A stretch of 63,637 nt of DNA, the filler included, from Globobulimina sp. (lineage: Eukaryota): NCBI GenBank assembly GCA_003354225.1. It is 26 parts of 26 records of this genome, joined end to end, with 100 filler letters (N's around TTAATTAATTAA, not from the genome) between each part and the next. Parts side by side here need not be neighbours in the genome. Positions count along the whole stretch, not along the records: positions 61,288 to 63,637 come from PIVH01007224.1; 25 more parts are not named here. One strand, 5' to 3'. A program made the translations under genes and the position numbers. Positions 61,288 through 63,637 of this stretch are shown piece after piece. Position 1 is the first letter of the stretch. Each line of letters starts with the position of its first letter. The notes below the pieces were generated by a model, which saw only the letters and a list, made by a program, of their open reading frames with translations, searched no databases and was not told where the DNA came from.

Positions 61288-62229
61288 GCCACGTATTGGG
61301 TAAGAATTGCGAGGCTATCAAGAAGGAGTTGGATAAATGTGGCCGCGATATGAGGGTCTCGTATCAGGTGGTCTTCATTCAAGGCGATTTGGAGTGGTAC
61401 AGCTTCACCGATCCGAATGTGGGCATTGAAGATGACGAGAAGAAGATTGATTTGCCAACGATTAAAGGCTCCAAATCTGGTATGCTATATACCGAAAACG
61501 TCATTTTTTTATAGTGGGAAACACTTTTTTTCTATAGGCAGTGGTAAATCACCACGGAAGAATACAGCACCACGCAAGAATACGGCGGGATCGCCGCGAA
61601 AGAACCGCTCGCCTCGCAAATCGCCGCGGGGTACACCAAAAAACATGTTTGCTTCACCAACTCCCGCAACGCCGACGGCCAAGAACCCCAAATATTTCTT
61701 GCGCGATAAGAAGAATGTGACCGCGTTTATGGATATTCGCATTGACGGGGACAAGCGCGGCAGATTAGAGATTGTGTTGTTTATGAATATTGTGCCGAAA
61801 ACGGCCACTAATTTCTTGAAATTGTGTACCGGCGCTAACAAAAAGAAGTTGTCGTATAAAGGGAAGAAATTCCATCGAATGTACATTGGAATGGGGATCG
61901 AAGGCGGCGACGTGGAGAATAATGACGGGAGTGGGAAGGCGTCCATTTATGGCGGATATTTCGAGGATGAAAACTTTAAGATCCGGCATGCGCAGTATTG
62001 CCTTTCTTGTAAGAACGTGGACGACGAAGCTGATACCAACTCATCGCAGTTCTATATCATTGTGGCGGACGATGCGGAATATTTGGATGGGAAGAATGTG
62101 GTCTTTGGCTATATTGCCAATGAGGCGTCGCACCAGTTGGTGGACGATATGGAGGAAGACGGCTGTTCACTTACTGGGAAGCCAAAGTGTAAAGTTGTTA
62201 TTTCAAAATGTGGCCAATTAAAAAAATAA
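61288..62229 (+). CDS. Protein with SPRK repeats and a C-terminal divergent cyclophilin domain (5' partial; intron 61480-61537)
   Basis: VPKTATNFLKLCTG, YKG.KFHR, GGD....G.G..SIYG..FEDENF, NSSQFYI and LDGKNVVFG. Confidence 0.9.
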
Positions 62230-62621
62230 ATTTAATAATTTGTACAGTTTTTGTATTATATTATGTAGGCTATACAGTAGACTTTTTGTTGTTTTTTTGA
62301 GTGTGAGAGGAATTTTTTTCATGATAGTATTAGGATTTTGTTTTGTTATTTTTGTTTTTTGGAATGTCTCTCTTTCTCGTTCGATCGTTTTTGTTGAGTA
62401 TTGGTTGTATACACGTTGTTAATTTAGTGTTCTTAGTGTTTCCGAATTGGTTAACAATTTTGTATTATTGGTTGATTGTATATATATATTTTATGCTTTA
62501 AATTATTAATTTATTATACGAATTGGTTGCAAAAATAGTGTATTTTGAAGAAGAAGAAGTTTTCTTGAAGTAAGCTAGTTTTGCACTTTTCATTTTCAAA
62601 ACACCTTTGCGATCTGACACA

Positions 62622-63373
62622 ATGACAACCTCGGAAGAAAATTCAACTAACGGAGACGGCTCAACTAACGGTAGTTCAAACAGTTTCGAGAGCCTCTCGA
62701 ATGAAAATATTTATATTAAAGAGCCCGCCAACTCTTTGCTGATATCTCGTAATTTTACGATATCGTATTGTATTAAGACGTGTGCAACAATTTTACGACA
62801 ACACAACGAAATAATAATTTCAGGTAAAGGTGTTAATATCAATATTGCTGTATCGTTAGTTGAAGCATTAAAACGTGAGAAATTAGGAAATGTGGAATCA
62901 ATTAAAACTGGAATGGATGTTTCAGATTTTTTTGAGAAATTAGAAAATGATCCTTCGTGGTCTCAACCATGTCCTATGATTACTTTTTATTTAAGGTATA
63001 TGTATTTTTGTTTGTATTTATATTTTTAATGTTGATCCGGATAATTATATTGTACACAAACAGCGGTGGTGAACTTTCCAAATACATTTCAGGTTTTGCA
63101 CAAAAAAAAGTAATTGCGATATTCGAATGTGTAGACACTGAAAAAAAAGGATATTTAAGTTTTAAACAAATTGAAGAATTAAAATTTGCAGAAAAATTTC
63201 GATCAAATTTCTCACAAATTTCAGATGCAAAAGAGTTCTTAGCTAAATTTGCTGAAAAAAAACGACTGAATTTACCAAATTTTATTAAATATGCATCATA
63301 TTTAATACATCCATTATTAAAACATGCACTTTTAAAAAAAATAATGTTCAACGAATTTAAGAACTACTTCTAA
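62622..63373 (+). CDS. Alba domain plus EF-hand-like domain protein (intron 62996-63063)
   Basis: Exon 1 HNEIIISGKGVNINIAVSLVEALKR...IKTG...PMITFYL resembles Alba. Exon 2 IFECVDTEKKGYLSFKQI resembles an EF-hand loop. The splice keeps the frame. Confidence 0.75.
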
Positions 63374-63586
63374 AGAATTCAATTGCATCCAGACAAAAGC
63401 TTTGTTTTTCCCTCTCCGACAACAGAAATGCCGCTGATGAGCTGAGTCGATTATAAAATATATCACTGGCAAATGATTTTGTTTCATCGGGAGCATCATG
63501 TACTAGCTGTGTATTATTATTATTATATATTAGACAGACACGGAAAGTTCAGCCAGACATTAAGTAACTTTAATTAATCAGTATGC

Positions 63587-63590
<4 letters not shown>

Positions 63591-63632
<42 letters not shown>
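63591..63632. repeat. 42-nt poly(T) tract at the contig end
   Basis: Directly visible. It could be the poly(A) tail of a minus-strand retroposed element lying beyond the contig. Confidence 0.85.
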
Positions 63633-63637
63633 CGAGT

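Overview
This window is not one locus. It is 26 unrelated, length-sorted contigs (each 2350-2353 bp) joined by 25 artificial 100-bp linkers (N44-TTAATTAATTAA-N44), so no synteny can be read across a linker. Most contigs come from an AT-rich, gene-dense eukaryote that uses the standard code, has short GT-AG introns (mostly 53-75 bp) and has very short intergenic gaps. The gene families suggest a foraminiferan/rhizarian, but that is inference. Recognisable genes are NHP2, CFAP57, MRE11, CK2-alpha, CDPK/CaMK kinases, a BEACH/ALFY-like protein, OMA1, PAQR, an OFA-type MFS transporter, an SR-like RRM protein, a cyclophilin and a TRAF-like RING protein. Also present: two LINE contigs, one complex tandem-repeat contig, one wholly bacterial contig with a candidate anti-phage gene, and chimera signatures typical of whole-genome amplification. 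The most interesting items are (1) an intronless ORF fusing a histone H2A fold to an intact ALKBH8-type AlkB dioxygenase; (2) two paralogues of an uncharacterised family carrying a His-Ser-ExE variant of the ADP-ribosyltransferase fold; (3) a contig that closes into a 2232-bp circle; (4) an Alba plus EF-hand fusion; (5) an IBR plus PARP fusion; and (6) a small secreted three-repeat protein. All family calls are motif recognition by eye; no searches were run.
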